Shown piece by piece: positions 11,466 to 23,977 of a stretch of 64,000 bases of DNA; positions within the stretch are counted from its first letter, which is position 1, and each line of letters begins with the position of its first letter. This DNA comes from Calditrichia bacterium (GTDB taxonomy: Bacteria; Calditrichota; Calditrichia; JAJRVZ01), in assembly GCA_963796965.1 (NCBI GenBank), contig CAWCNS010000007.1, positions 64,001 through 128,000 on the forward strand. Direction: 5' to 3'. The notes under the pieces were generated by a model. That model saw nothing but the letters and a program-made list of their open reading frames with translations, did not search any database and was not told the DNA's origin. Both the position numbers and the translations under genes were made by a program.

Positions 11466-11822
11466 TGCCCAATGTCAAAATCCAAATGACAAATCAATAA
11501 TCAATATGGAATTTTCAATTGTATGAAATGTGAAATGAAAACTTGTACTATTGAAAAATGTCATCCCGTCCCGGAACGGGATCGCGCTTCGGGATAGGGA
11601 TCTTCCTGCTTGTAAGCAATTATCTCGCATGTCTGGAAGGCCTTCATTGCAATACGGACCCGTGTGTCCGCTTTAATAAAAGGGCGTGAAATACTTAATA
11701 TCCCATATTAAAATCCAAAGGAAAAATGAACTCCCAATTCCCAATTCCAAATTCCCAAACTGAATATTTAACATTAGGATTTGGAGATTTATTGGAGTTT
11801 TGGATTTAGAGATTGGGATTTC
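11465..11822. repeat. 7-bp periodic repeat arms plus GTCATCC element left arm
   Basis: cccaattcccaattccaaattcccaaa / tttggagattt..tttggatttagagattgggattt inverted pair; 11560-11610 nearly identical to 3879-3928. Confidence 0.65.
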
Positions 11823-11882
11823 CGGGGTGAGAGAAAGCTCAATTTTTCAGATAATTAAAATTGAATAGACTCACCCCGGGGT

Positions 11883-11946
11883 TTGCCTTCTATATAAAAA
11901 TTTCTTATTATACAGAAAACGTGATCATAAATGAAGTTTCGATCAC
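11883..11946 (+). promoter_or_regulatory. Putative sigma70 promoter and downstream operator-like inverted repeat for the TonB-receptor operon
   Basis: TTGCCT(11883)-17 bp-TATTAT(11906); GTGATC(11921)-N14-GATCAC(11941). Confidence 0.5.
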
Positions 11947-12045
11947 TGCTTACCCGGAGACAACTATTGGTTACACTGAGGTAATCTTTTAAAAATTTCC
12001 ATCCTTTCATTTCAATACATAATGCTACACATGGGAGATCAACGT

Positions 12046-15001
12046 ATGAAAAAATGCGTAAATGTTCCGTCCTTTGTCACTTCAATCCTGATTTTTATAA
12101 TAACCTCTAGCGCCGTCTTTGGTGGTACCACAGGAAAAATTCGTGGTACGGTAACCGATGCCAGGACAAAAGAACCCTTACCCGGTGTCAATGTAATTAT
12201 TCAGGGTACGCAGATGGGTGCGGCAGCTGATATTAACGGTGAATATATCATATTATTGGCACCACCGGGTACGCACACGCTTGAAGCACACATGGTAGGA
12301 TATAAAACTGAAATAGTTCGTGGTGTTCGTGTGAGCGTTGATAGAACCATTGAAGTAAATATTGATCTGGAAGAATCAATACTTGAGAGCGAGACTGTCG
12401 TTGTGACGGCAGAGCGTGATCTGATTAAGTTGGATGTCTCCACTTCAGAATCAGCTTATACAAAAGATGCCATGGAAAGCACACCCTTTTACAGCCGTAC
12501 GGAAGATATGGTCGCCATGTCTGCGGGGGTTACAGGGAATCTCTTACAGGGTGAATTAAACATTCGTCAGGGAGAAACGCATGAATCGGGTATGATGGTC
12601 GATGGCTACAATACATCCGATGCAAAATTTAACCGGCCGGTTTTTACGGTATCTCCAGGTGCGGTGCAGGAAATACAAGTAATTCGTGGGGGATACAACG
12701 CGGAATATGGTGATGCACAATCAGGAATGGTTAATATTGTTACCTCAGATCCTGCAGATGAATTTCATGTCTCTGTTGATTATCAGATGTTGCTACCCAG
12801 TCAGCGCCATGGCGGGACCAATAAGTATGATCCTAAGAGCATGTGGATGTACGACCTCTATGATGGTCCAAATTCTATGGACTCAACTTTTATGGTCCGG
12901 TATGAAGGAATAACGCCCGATACGGCGAAATGGGAAGGATGGAATTCATATGCTGAAAACAAATTAGATTCTACATGGACGCCGGACGAGGCGCGTGAAT
13001 TATGGCGCTGGCGCCACCGCCCGGTAGAATATGGAACAGAAGTAGGACATAATCTCGATCTGACCTTGAGTGGAGGGCTGGGTTTTATGCCCTGGCAATC
13101 TAATCTTATGGTGAGTTTTAAATACGAGAACCGCCCCTTTAATTTTCCGGGAACTAGTAGATAATTATCTTGAAGGAGATGTTTCCGTAAAATGGGTAAA
13201 TAATTTTAATCCAAATCTCAGATTAACATTAACCGGTCTATATTCAGATATAGAAACTGTCACAGAAGGGAGTTCATCCAGTTCCTGGTCCACCGAGGAT
13301 AGACTCTCATATAGTGGTGGTGGTTTTGATTATTCATGGGCTTTTTATCCATTTAGAAGACCACTTAATTCGCGCATTGCCAGCCTCATAGGGGCAAGGT
13401 TGCTATATATTTTTGATGCAAAGCGTTTTATCGAAACAGATATCAGTTATTTTGGTACCCGGTGGGATGTCCGCAGGGGACCGGAAGCCACAGTAGATCA
13501 GGGACGATATTTTAATAACCAACTCTTCCTCGATCCGCAATCCGGTTGGATGCCTAAGGCATTGGGTGCACCTGATAATGTTTCCCGTTTCAATATGTAT
13601 GGCGGAGGGACAACATCTGACAACTCCCATGGATACCGATATTCGTTTAAAGTTAATTATGTCGATCAGTTCCATCCCGCCCATGAGTTCAAAACAGGGA
13701 TTGATTTCAGATATAATGATCTTCTGGAAGACCGAATGAAATTTCAGGATGATGATTTAGCCAAACCATTTTCCTATTATTTCCATGTGTATCCGATCCA
13801 ATTCAGTGCTTATCTTCAGGATAAGATTGAATTTGAGGGCATGATTGCCACGATTGGTTTACGTTGGGATTATTATAATGTCAATACGACGCGCGCCGAT
13901 ATCGATTCTGTATTAATCTACCCTACCAACTCTGCTGCCGTAGATGCTTACCTTAACGGAGAATTCCCAACTGTACGGTCACCGGCAATAAATTATCTAA
14001 GTCCGCGCATTGGTGTTTCTTTTCCACTGACAGAAACCAGTAAAGTCTATTTCAACTTTGGCCATTTTGTACAGCCTCCCAATAATGAAGCCTTATATTC
14101 AACACAATTGAACCTTACACCGGGAACCGAAAGACGTATCCAATTCCTGGGAAATACTAAAATGAGATTTATGAAATCAATCAACTATGAAATTGGGTAT
14201 GATCAGAACCTGTTTGGTTTCTGCCAACTCCATGTCGGAGCATTTTACAAAGATTATTCTGATGGCCAGAATGGTATGGTCTGGGCTCATATAGATCAGA
14301 GTTTGGTTACGGAATGGGCGTCAAACCGCCAATACAAAGAGATCAGCGGAATAGATATTGAGTTAAGAAGATCAGCAGGAAAATATTTTATGGGATTTCT
14401 CAATTTCAATCTAACTAAAAAGAGCATCAGTGATTTGCAAATACCAGGATTGAGCGATATCCCTATCATTACTGATACACCCAGTTTAGGGGTAAATGGT
14501 GAACTTAAAGGGGTACCGCGTCCTTTGACAGATGAAATCACCCCTTATGCAAGGGGCGTTTTGACCTTTATGGGCCCGGAAGGTTGGGGGCCAAGGATAG
14601 CCGATTATCCCATTTTGCAAAAAACCAGGTTAAGCCTGAGCCTATTTTACTTTGGAGCGGAATTAAGAGAACATCCCGATGGCTCCTTCAGGGAGAATAA
14701 TCCTGATGTAAAATTTTATTCAATTCCCTACTTTACTTCGAACTTCAGAATATCCCGTAACTTCGATATTATGGGAGATGCCCAGTTTGAACTATATCTG
14801 GATGTAAGTAATTTGTTTGTCTCTAAATATCGAAATATTGGTGGAAGCGATTATTACAATGATCTATATAATAATGGAAATACGGATAAAGTTGGTTCGG
14901 AAGATGCTGTGACAGATAAACGTATCCTCCGAACGCAATCCGATGATATCTATCGTGGCAATTATAGTCTGTTTATATTGGGTATGCGTTTTCTGTTGTA
15001 A
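12046..15001 (+). CDS. TonB-dependent receptor with N-terminal carboxypeptidase-regulatory-like domain (one apparent frameshift near 13150-13165)
   Basis: GTTGKIRGTVTDARTKEPLPGVNV; plug motif GGYNAEYGDAQSGMVNIVT; YLQDKIEF..GLRWDY, LSPRIGVSFP; the alternate frame is open from about 13160 into the 13400 ORF. Confidence 0.92.
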
Positions 15002-15049
15002 TTATGGCAATAAAGCAGTGTTAGATAAAGATCTCTATTTTGGAGGAAA

Positions 15050-17154
15050 ATGATGCAAAATAGATTCAAATATGTTATAACGATAGCATTTCCTATTCTC
15101 TTGTTTCTTCTGAGCGGGATCATGGTTGCCCAGGATCAATCGACAGGAACAAGGAGTCATGAAATTGGCATGCTTTGGGAAACGATGTTTGAGACGGGTT
15201 CTCTCCCTACATACGCTCCTCTGCAGGATCAGATGACCTATCCCGGTGGAGATTTTGACAATATGACCCGAAAAAATATGGCCGGACGTGGGTTGTGGAT
15301 TGGTGTCTCGAACTGGACAAACAAAGACAATACACCCTACCCGACCTATGTATCTGCCGGCGGTTTTGAAAACAATGCTGCTTCCGGCTTTACATTTAAG
15401 ATTTCCAACAAAAAGAGGGTGCGCAATCGCCTGCCGATTGTGATTGTTAATGATGTAGCGGAGGTTCGTCTTTTGGACGGACGTGGTTTAAGTACGAAGT
15501 CATCTTCTATCCCCGCAGATGAAAGGATTGAAACAATCTGGTCAACTAATGTAGGTATAAGGGTGCGGATGCGCAGTCATGCCTATGCCAATCATAATCA
15601 TAATAGTTATATCATCAAGGAGTATTTGTTTACGAATGATGGCAATGCTGATGGTGATGATACGACCATCGAACTACCAGGTCAAAATCTGACCGGTGTT
15701 TATTTTGGCTTTCAATATTATTTTATTCCCAGTGGAGACAGGGGGTATGTAGAAGTTAATCAGCATGATGACTGGGCAGCTTATTATGGTAATTCGCCGG
15801 GAGACACCTTACGCGGGCTTTTTTATCTTTATGATGGCAATTCTAATGTGCGTAGTTCGTCAGATGATGTAGGTGATCCGGAAGAAATTAGTGGTGAGTT
15901 TCTTTCACCTCAGTACCCCGGTTTTGGCGTTCTGCATGCAGATGTGTCAACAGTCGATCAAAGTGATGATCCCAATCAACCTTCTACCGTTACGATAAAG
16001 CCTCGCAGCACTTTTGCACAACCCTTAGCGCCTCCAATTGGTAATGATGATATGTATACGGAACTAAGATTAGGACAACAATTTAAGGGGAGTACAGAGG
16101 ATAGGGCTGCACATCCCTATGATAGTAATGTTATTGAGCCGGTAGGTTTATTATCATTTGGACCCTACGATATACCTTTTGGCGAGTCCATTAATATCGT
16201 TGTATATGATGTGGTAGGCGCCCTGTCCGTCAGAGAATGTATCAATGCAGGCAGGGACTGGAAAAACGGTAATCTTGAATGGAATGGGCTCAGCGGTGAT
16301 GCAGGCTAAGAACGCCCTGGTGGGCAACGGGTAAGGATTCTCTTTTTAAACATGCGAAGGCAGCGGAATATGCCTGGAGTATAGGCATGGAAGATATCCC
16401 CGATCCACCTCCAACACCGGATAATTTTAATTTAATTACGGGTCCGGGTCGAATCGAACTTTCCTGGGATTCCGTCGAAGATGCAAAAGATCCTGATACC
16501 GGTGAACTTGATTTTGCCGGTTACCGTGTGTATCGTGCAGAAGGTAAGATAACAAATCTTTACTCAAAAATTTGGGAATGTGGGGGTAATAGCGGCATTG
16601 ACGTGCAAAATTTTTATCATGATGAAGCGGTAGAAAGGGGAAAATTCTATTTTTATGCTGTCACAGCCTTTGATGATGGTACGCAGAATACAACAGGATT
16701 ATATCCAGGGCAACCGCTAGAGTCCAGTGTTTATTATAATCGGAACTATCAATATGCTGCCGAATCAATTGTGGGAGCGTTCCCGACCCTCGACTCTATT
16801 TATGTTGTTCCAAATCCCTACCATATTAGAGGTCTTGCATTTGGTGGAGGGGGAAATTTAAATCCCACGTATTATCCTATGCCGGAGATTATAGATAAAA
16901 TATCTTTCTTTGGATTACCTTATAAAGCGACATCAGAATTTTTACCATGAGTGGGAATTTGGTGCAAACAATCCATCATCCTAATCCTGAAAATTCCAAC
17001 TCTGTCCCGGGCGCAGCCGATGAAGCCTGGTTTAATATCAGTCAGAGTCTATCAAATTATAAAAAGTGGTGTTTATATTTACCATGTTGAAGGATGGGAT
17101 AAAAACGGCAAGGCACTCGGCTCAGCCACAGGAAAATTTGTTATTATACGCTGA
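15050..17154 (+). CDS. Secreted ~700-aa protein with FN3-like domain and T9SS-like C-terminal domain (frameshifts near 16305-16335, 16930 and 17040)
   Basis: Signal peptide; PDPPPTP..IELSW..DFAGYRVYR..YFYAVTAFD; IYVVPNPY, IRIFTMSGNLVQTIHH, SGVYIYHVE..GKFVIIR. Confidence 0.8.
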
Positions 17155-17347
17155 ATTACTTTAAATACAAAGGACACAAAGATCACACAGTTTTTTCAAG
17201 TAAAAAGTTAAAAGGAAAAAGTAAAAAACCGCCTGCAAATTATAAAATACTTTTGCCCTTAGGCCATTAGTTTTTCCTTAAATTTTCAGTGAACTTTGTG
17301 GTTCATAAAAATATTTGATCATAAGTTTCAATTTTGTGGAGATTGAA

Positions 17348-18378
17348 ATGAAGAATACCTTATTCAGGTTCGGTTTAATATTACTCATCATCATGGCATT
17401 TACCTCCGTGTCTAATGCGCAAATGAAGAAGGTGGGGCAAGCGGGGATGACCTATCTTAGCATTTCCTTGGGTGCCAGAGAAAGTGCAATGGGTGATGCC
17501 AGCGTGGCAAGTGTGCGTGGTATACAGGGGATGTTTTACAATCAAGCCACTCTAACACAAATCGAGCAATTTGCGGTTATTGTAAATTCCGTGAACTGGC
17601 TGGCTGATACCAAGATTTACGGAGTTGCGGCTGCTTATAGTTTTGGACAATATGGTACTATAGGCCTGGATTTGGTATACATGGACTATGGGGATATCAT
17701 CGGAACACAGCGGGTTGACGCATCTGTTGATTCGCGTGGTTTTATCACAACGGGCAATGTGAATGTCGAAGATTATGCTGTTGGAATTGCTTATGCTTAT
17801 CCGGTAAGCGCAAAATTCTCTTTTGGTGGAAAAATTAAAATTGTCCATGAAAATTTAGGTGACGTTCCAATTGCTGTTGGCTGGGTGGATATAGCGGCAG
17901 ATATACCTAAGTATGAAGATAGGAATTGGGGTATGAATAGTGGGGTTTTGATGTAGGCGCCTACTATGATATAGGATATAAAACGATGAAATTTGCTGCA
18001 GCCATGCAAAACTATTCCGGTGATATGACCTATTGGTCAGAAGCTTTTGCCATGCCCATGTCCATACGATTTGGATTAGCTATGGATATTGCTGAAATCT
18101 GGAATCCGGACAATGAGGATCTAAATGTGAATGTCGCTATAGATGGTATAAATCCGGTTGACTATACAGGTAGGGTGAATGTTGGTGCGGAGGTAGAATA
18201 TTTACAGGTATTTGCTGTAAGAGGAGGTTTTCAATCTAACCAGGATGTTTTCGACTTTAGCCTGGGTTTTGGAATTAAATATGATATCGGGGGATATGCC
18301 GGTGCGCTCGATTATGCCTATAGTAACACGAAATATTTTAATGCTGTTAACCGTTTTAGTCTCAATTTTTCCTTTTAG
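17348..18378 (+). CDS. PorV/PorQ-family outer-membrane beta-barrel (frameshift near 17935-17960)
   Basis: KVGQAGMTYLSISLGARESAMGDA, MFYNQA, DYAVGIAYA; C-terminal LDYAYS..NRFSLNFSF. Confidence 0.85.
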
Positions 18379-18439
18379 TGGCAAATGTCACAACTCTTAG
18401 GTTAAGCATGTACTAAATTGGTGTTCGATACTCATTAAT

Positions 18440-18511
18440 ATTTTGGATTTTAGAATTTGGATTTTAGATTTCTTTCTTAATCCAAAATGCGCAATCCGAA
18501 ATCCAAAATTT
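18440..18511. repeat. 7-bp periodic inverted repeat
   Basis: ttttggattttagaatttggattttagattt / aatccaaaatgcgcaatccgaaatccaaaat. Confidence 0.65.
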
Positions 18512-18532
18512 AATTACATGTATCCAGTCCGT

Positions 18533-18561
18533 TTGCATAAATTATATATTATTCTTATACT
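18533..18561 (+). promoter_or_regulatory. Putative sigma70 promoter
   Basis: TTGCAT-17 bp-TATACT, then GGAGG RBS and ATG 18600. Confidence 0.5.
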
Positions 18562-18599
18562 TATGGTTAAACAATTAAACTGATTTGGAGGAAACAATT

Positions 18600-19769
18600 A
18601 TGAAGTTAAGTTACAAAGTTTTTATGGTCTTTTTTAGTATGCTGTTTCTGGTTTCTTTATCCATGGGCCAGGAAATAGGTGAGGTCATGTGGCAGGATCT
18701 TTTTGACGATGCCGAGAATGATTTTTTGCTCAATAATGTAGGCTGGTTATATTTTGGTGAAGAAGATGATTTGATTGGCCAGGAGGTTGGCCAGACGGAA
18801 GATGGAAAAGGCTGGTTCAAAAACGGTATCTTCAACACAATTATTGGAGGATCAATTATAGAATCAAACGGTGTTGATTATATTGATCCGGAAGATTTTG
18901 ATGGGTCAATCGACCGGGTAAAAGTACAAAATAATAATATTAGTCCTAATCAGGACATCACCTTCCAGGTTAATTTTAAAAAATATACTGTAGTAGAAGG
19001 TGGGACCTATCCCATGGGTACTTTTTTTCTCTGTGGTACGCGGATGTTCAATCCGGATACCAGTAGAGGCTATGGTGATCCCATTGCGGATTCCACCTAT
19101 ATACTCTATATAAGTCCACTTACCGACCAGGTCAATGTGGCCAAATTATCAGGAGATTTAGTTATTTTAAATCCTGCACTATGGACTTATTGGGCAGAAG
19201 CGGCAACCTTTGATTTTGATCTGGATGTCTGGTACTGGGTTGAATTTTATCTGTTTGAAGGTGAATTAAAAGTGAAAATATGGGAGGGTGATTTCGCTGA
19301 TGGGGCTGAAGAAGATTGGCTGCTCGAAGTAACCGATCCGGAACCCTGGGTACGTGGAACTTTTACTGAGTTCGGTATGTTAGGAGATCCTCTGGAAAAC
19401 GGGGATGAGACATTACTTGATGATGTGGTAGTTCGCGAGGTAACAGGCGGTGCCAGTGCTATTGATGATGGTGGCATAGACGTTGTTCCTACCGAGTTCG
19501 CTTTAGGTGCAAATTATCCTAATCCTTTTAATCCGGAAACGACTATCGAATTTAGCCTGGATAAAACGGATGACGTCACTTTAAAAGTGTATTCAATTAC
19601 GGGGCAATTGGTTAGAACTTTGGCTAATAGTGCTTTTGAAGCCGGAAGCCATCAGCTCAGATTCAATGGACGCGATGATTTAGGCAACCTGCTCTCCAGC
19701 GGTGTTTATTTTTATCAGTTACAAAGTGCCGGTCAAATCGCTACTAATAAAATGATCCTGATGAAATAA
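18600..19769 (+). CDS. Acidic secreted protein with FlgD-Ig/T9SS type A C-terminal sorting domain
   Basis: Signal peptide; C-terminal FALGANYPNPFNPETTIEF..SSGVYFYQL..KMILMK; middle region (LKVKIWEG..EEDW) looks like a beta-sandwich. Confidence 0.85.
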   Translation: MKLSYKVFMVFFSMLFLVSLSMGQEIGEVMWQDLFDDAENDFLLNNVGWLYFGEEDDLIGQEVGQTEDGKGWFKNGIFNTIIGGSIIESNGVDYIDPEDFDGSIDRVKVQNNNISPNQDITFQVNFKKYTVVEGGTYPMGTFFLCGTRMFNPDTSRGYGDPIADSTYILYISPLTDQVNVAKLSGDLVILNPALWTYWAEAATFDFDLDVWYWVEFYLFEGELKVKIWEGDFADGAEEDWLLEVTDPEPWVRGTFTEFGMLGDPLENGDETLLDDVVVREVTGGASAIDDGGIDVVPTEFALGANYPNPFNPETTIEFSLDKTDDVTLKVYSITGQLVRTLANSAFEAGSHQLRFNGRDDLGNLLSSGVYFYQLQSAGQIATNKMILMK

Positions 19770-19860
19770 TCTCGATCATAGGTAAGTTTCTTTAAAGCAG
19801 GATTTGCAGTATAAAGAGTTAAAATAAATCCTGTTATGGATTCAAAAAATAAGTAAATTA

Positions 19861-19898
19861 ATGGCATCGGATTTTATGATCTGATGCCATTTTTATTT
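19861..19898 (+). terminator. Putative rho-independent terminator ending the receptor module
   Basis: ATGGCATC-GGATTTTATGATCT-GATGCCAT hairpin followed by a T-rich run. Confidence 0.65.
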
Positions 19899-19916
19899 AA
19901 ATTAAATACATTACTT

Positions 19917-20075
19917 TAACCGCAATGACGCTAATCCCGATAAATAAATCTCCATCCTAGGGAAATATCGGGATGAAATCGTCCATGATTTCAGAAACGC
20001 AAAGATCGCAAGGAAATAATTGATTAATTCTTTCCTTTGCGTGCTTTGCGAAAACTTTGCGTCTCTGCGTTTAAA
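19917..20075. repeat. GCAAAG-type inverted-repeat element containing a nested 60-bp double-hairpin insert (19934-19993)
   Basis: aaccgcaatgacgctaa[insert]acgcaaagatcgcaagg / ctttgcgtgctttgcgaaaactttgcgtctctgcgttta. Confidence 0.7.
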
Positions 20076-20097
20076 TACTATTTTCCGAGGAGAGAAA

Positions 20098-21240
20098 ATG
20101 CTTCAAAAATTATTTCTAATACTTGTCCTTTTAGTAGTTGTCTCTTGCAGTACATCCACCGATCAAAAACAAGAAATTAAAAATGGTTATGTGGAGAAGA
20201 TTGGAAGCGGTGAAGATGAGATTACAGTAGTTGTTGTAAAAGGCACGCCTTTTGAGATGGGGCAGGCTTTAGGGATGCTATTAAAAGAAGATATCAACCG
20301 AACTTTGACAGCATTTCTAAATTTAGCACAGACCGGAGATCCCGATCGTTTTAACAATGAAAATCTTGATGCTGCCTGGATTGCTGTTTCGCCCTATACC
20401 CATCCCCGTTTCAAAGAGGAGTTAGAGGGGATGGCCAATGGTTCCGGTTTGTCACTTGAAACACTCCGCCGTGCTCACATGGTTCCTGTATTGGGGGATT
20501 ATGCTTGCAGCGGTGTAATTGTCTGGGGCGATGCAAGTGCCAATGGACATCTTTATCAGATAAGAAATCTTGATTTTACCATGAATGGTCATTTACAGGA
20601 TGCTCCTACTATCGTTATTTATTTGCCAAAAGAAGGTATTGCCCATGCTGTTCCTACATTTGCCGGTTATATCGGTGCCCATGCAGGAATGAATGCAAAG
20701 GGAATTGCTCTTAGTGAAAAAGGCGCTTCACCAGGTAAAGATTATCCTTTCGATATGGATGGCACGCACTTTTCTACTCTTTTTAGAGATATTCTCTATG
20801 AGGCAAATAACCTTGATGAAGCTTTGGGAATGGTTCAGTCTACAAAATTAATCAAAAGATATCGTTTCTGGATAGGAGACGGAAAAGAAGAAACAATGGG
20901 TGGCGCCAAAATTCTTGTTTCATCACCAGATGAAGTTAAACTTACGATCTGGAAAAATAATGATCCCTCAGATGAAGTGGCACCTAACCTGGTGAAGAAT
21001 ACTATCTATTATACAATGAAAAATGAAATCGCCTATAACCATTTAAAGCAAAACCGAGGCAGTTATAATGCAGATAAAATGATTGCCTTATCGCGTGCTG
21101 TTGCCGATGATGACGGAAATCTGATAAATGTTGTTTATGATGCAACAAGCCTGGAAATGTGGGTAGCATTTGCAGAAGATTTGCAGATAGCCAGCCAGCG
21201 TCCGTATGTCCATCTGGACCTGAAAGAGTATTTAAAGTAG
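20098..21240 (+). CDS. C45-family Ntn-hydrolase (acyltransferase/amidase), lipoprotein
   Basis: Lipobox VVSC; GTPFEMG, EELEGMA, autoproteolytic ACSG, RNLDF, AGMNAKGI. Confidence 0.8.
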   Translation: MLQKLFLILVLLVVVSCSTSTDQKQEIKNGYVEKIGSGEDEITVVVVKGTPFEMGQALGMLLKEDINRTLTAFLNLAQTGDPDRFNNENLDAAWIAVSPYTHPRFKEELEGMANGSGLSLETLRRAHMVPVLGDYACSGVIVWGDASANGHLYQIRNLDFTMNGHLQDAPTIVIYLPKEGIAHAVPTFAGYIGAHAGMNAKGIALSEKGASPGKDYPFDMDGTHFSTLFRDILYEANNLDEALGMVQSTKLIKRYRFWIGDGKEETMGGAKILVSSPDEVKLTIWKNNDPSDEVAPNLVKNTIYYTMKNEIAYNHLKQNRGSYNADKMIALSRAVADDDGNLINVVYDATSLEMWVAFAEDLQIASQRPYVHLDLKEYLK

Positions 21241-21361
21241 AGTGGGATAAGGTAAAGGGAAAAAGGAAAAGGGCAAAAAGATACCACTGAAAATATTTTT
21301 TATTGCTTTCCTCTGCGTCGTCGCGTCGCTGCGAGAGATATGAAACTATAAAGGAGTTAAA

Positions 21362-23733
21362 ATGATTCAAAAGGTTGTTGTGTGATATTTAGTTTTGTAA
21401 TGTTTCTTTATTTATCCCCTGTGGCCTGTAACGCCAATGGAAAAGACGGGAATTTTTACAAGAAGTACGCACATTTTATTCAACAGAAGATGGATTGCCA
21501 TCCGACCAGGTAAACGCACTCGCTATTGATGACAGGGGAGAGTTTATGCAGGAACCGATGCAGGTCTGGCAATGTTTGATAGACAAAAATTGGAAATACT
21601 GTTGCATGTCCCGGATCAGCCTGTTCATTTCTTGGCTCGTCAGGGAACGCACTATTGCCATCTATACTTCTGATACTTCTGCAGATGTAGTGCATGGAGG
21701 AAAAATAATACTGATAGAGGATGGGAATAAAAAGAGTTCTGTCCAGATTGATAAGTCCATTCAATCAACAAATCCTCACAGGGACTTAGCATTTGCCGGC
21801 TAATGATCTGCTCATCACATCAGATGATGGTCTTATATTCCTTTAATTATAAGAAGGAACTAGAACCGCAAATTCTTGGATTGAAAGGAAGTGATATCCG
21901 CCAGGTGGCTGTTGATAGCGAAGGAAAATATGTACGTTGCGGCAAATACGGGTCTCTATACCTATGACACATCATCCGAAAATTTTAAACCTCTGTATCC
22001 ACGGGCTGGGTTCTATAGTTGGGCTCCCTATGATGTCAATGGTGTTGTTTATGATAACAAAGGAACGGCTTTGGTTTGCCAGTCAGCAGGGAGTTGGCTG
22101 TCTTGACGATGGCAAGTGGCAATTGTATACAGGAAAAGAAGGTTTGCCTTTTAACGATTTTACCAGGGCTGCGGCAGGAAAGGCCGGTGTTGTATGGTTC
22201 GGTACGACAATGGGTGCCATACGATATCGATGGTAGCCACTGGGCTTACAGACAGGGCAAACGTTGGCTACCGCAGGATAAAATTAAGGATATAGCATTA
22301 CAAATAATGGAAATGCCTGGATCGCCACTGAAGAAGGAATCAGTTTTATTGAATTTAAACCGATGAGTTTTAGTGAAAAAGCGAAATGGTATGAGGACGA
22401 GATAGACCGTTATCATCGCCGGACACCCTACGAATATGTTCTGGAGGTTAATTTACCCGCTGCCGGTGATAAAACGAATGTAAAAAAACATGATTCAGAT
22501 AACGATGGATTATGGACCAGCATGTATGGGGCTGGTGAATGTTTTGCCTATGCTGCTACAAAAGATCCCAAGGCAAAAGCGCGGGCAAAAAAGGCATTAG
22601 AGGCGATGATGTTCCTGGGAGAGGTTACTCAGGGTGGCAGTCATCCTGCGCCACCTGGGTTCATTGCCAGAACTATTTTGCCAACCAGTGGCCATAATCC
22701 TAATGATGGGCGGGTAGAAAGAGATAGAAAGGAAAGAGAGACTGGGGACAAATATTGGAAAGTAATAGACCCACGATGGCCGGTTAGTGCAGATGGTAAA
22801 TGGTATTGGAAAACGGACACCAGTTCCGATGAATTAGATGGCCATTACTTCTTATACCCTTTATACTATGATCTCGTTGCTGAAACGGAAGAAGAAAAAG
22901 AACGTATCAGAGAGCATGTAAAAGCATTGACAGATCATTTAGTCGACAATGGATTTAATCTGGTTGATCATGATGGAAAACCTACCCGCTGGGCACGATT
23001 TAGCCCCGAAGAGATGAACTTTGATCCGAACTGGTTTATCGAGCGGGGAATCAATTCATTGAGCATGCTATCTTATCTCACAGTTGCTGAACATATTACA
23101 GGAGATTCCTATTACGGTGAGATAAAAAATGAACTTATTGAGAAACATTCCTATATGCAAAATATGCTGAAACAGAAGTTTCAGCATGGCATCGGTACCG
23201 GCAATCAATCGGATGATGAGATGGCCTTTATGGCTTATTATAATCTGATCAAGTACGAGAAAGATCCCAGACGAAAAGCAATTTACTCTGTTTCTCTTTA
23301 TGATAGCTGGAAAATCTTATCACCTGAAATGAATCCACTCTTTAACTATATTATTGCTGCTGTAAGTATGGATATGGAATTTACAGATGTGTTTGGTACG
23401 ACTTCTACTTCACCGACCGGCGATTGGAAGGAAGATGCCCTTGAGACATTGCACCGATTTCCCTTAGACCGCGTAGATTGGCGGCATACCAACAGTCATC
23501 GCTTAGATATTGTAAAGATTCATCCTGCTAATCAGGGCTTTGATGAAAGAAGTTTTAAGAATAAGGGTTATCGTGTAAATGGCAAGGTCATACCGGTTGA
23601 TGAATGCTATTTTAATCACTGGAACCGAAATCCCTGGCAACTGGATACCGGTGGCAGGGGACATGGGCTTGGTGATGGTACGGTGTTTCTATTACCGTAC
23701 TATATGGGATTATATCATGGTTTTATTGAATAA
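21362..23733 (+). CDS. Secreted protein: N-terminal Reg_prop-like beta-propeller (multiple frameshifts, 21362-22360) plus uncharacterised helical catalytic-like domain
   Basis: AAGGAG RBS; fragments GLPSDQVNALAID, YTGKEGLPFNDFT, VWFGTTMGA, YRQGKRWLPQD; C-terminal DSDNDGLWTSMY, TSSDELDGH, FLLPYYMGLYHG. Confidence 0.7.
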
Positions 23734-23741
23734 GAGTTATT

Positions 23742-23952
23742 GTCTCGCGCAGCGCCGCGACGACGCAGCGAAACTATATACATTTAATAATCTTCCAAAA
23801 ATATAATAAGGTCTGTTTTAATAAAAAGATACATACAAGGCATAAAGAAAGTAGGATTTTTTTTAAATTAAATAAAAGAATTCGTGAAATTAGAAATAAT
23901 TTATGTAATTAGTGGACGAAATCCGCTGCGGCGTTGCGTCGCAGCGTGAAAG
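23742..23952. repeat. CGCAGCGACGC-type inverted-repeat element
   Basis: tctcgcgcagcgccgcgacgacgcagcg / cgctgcggcgttgcgtcgcagcgtgaaa, with a CACGAATT right arm inside. Confidence 0.75.
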
Positions 23953-23977
23953 AATACATTTAAATTGAGGAAACAGT

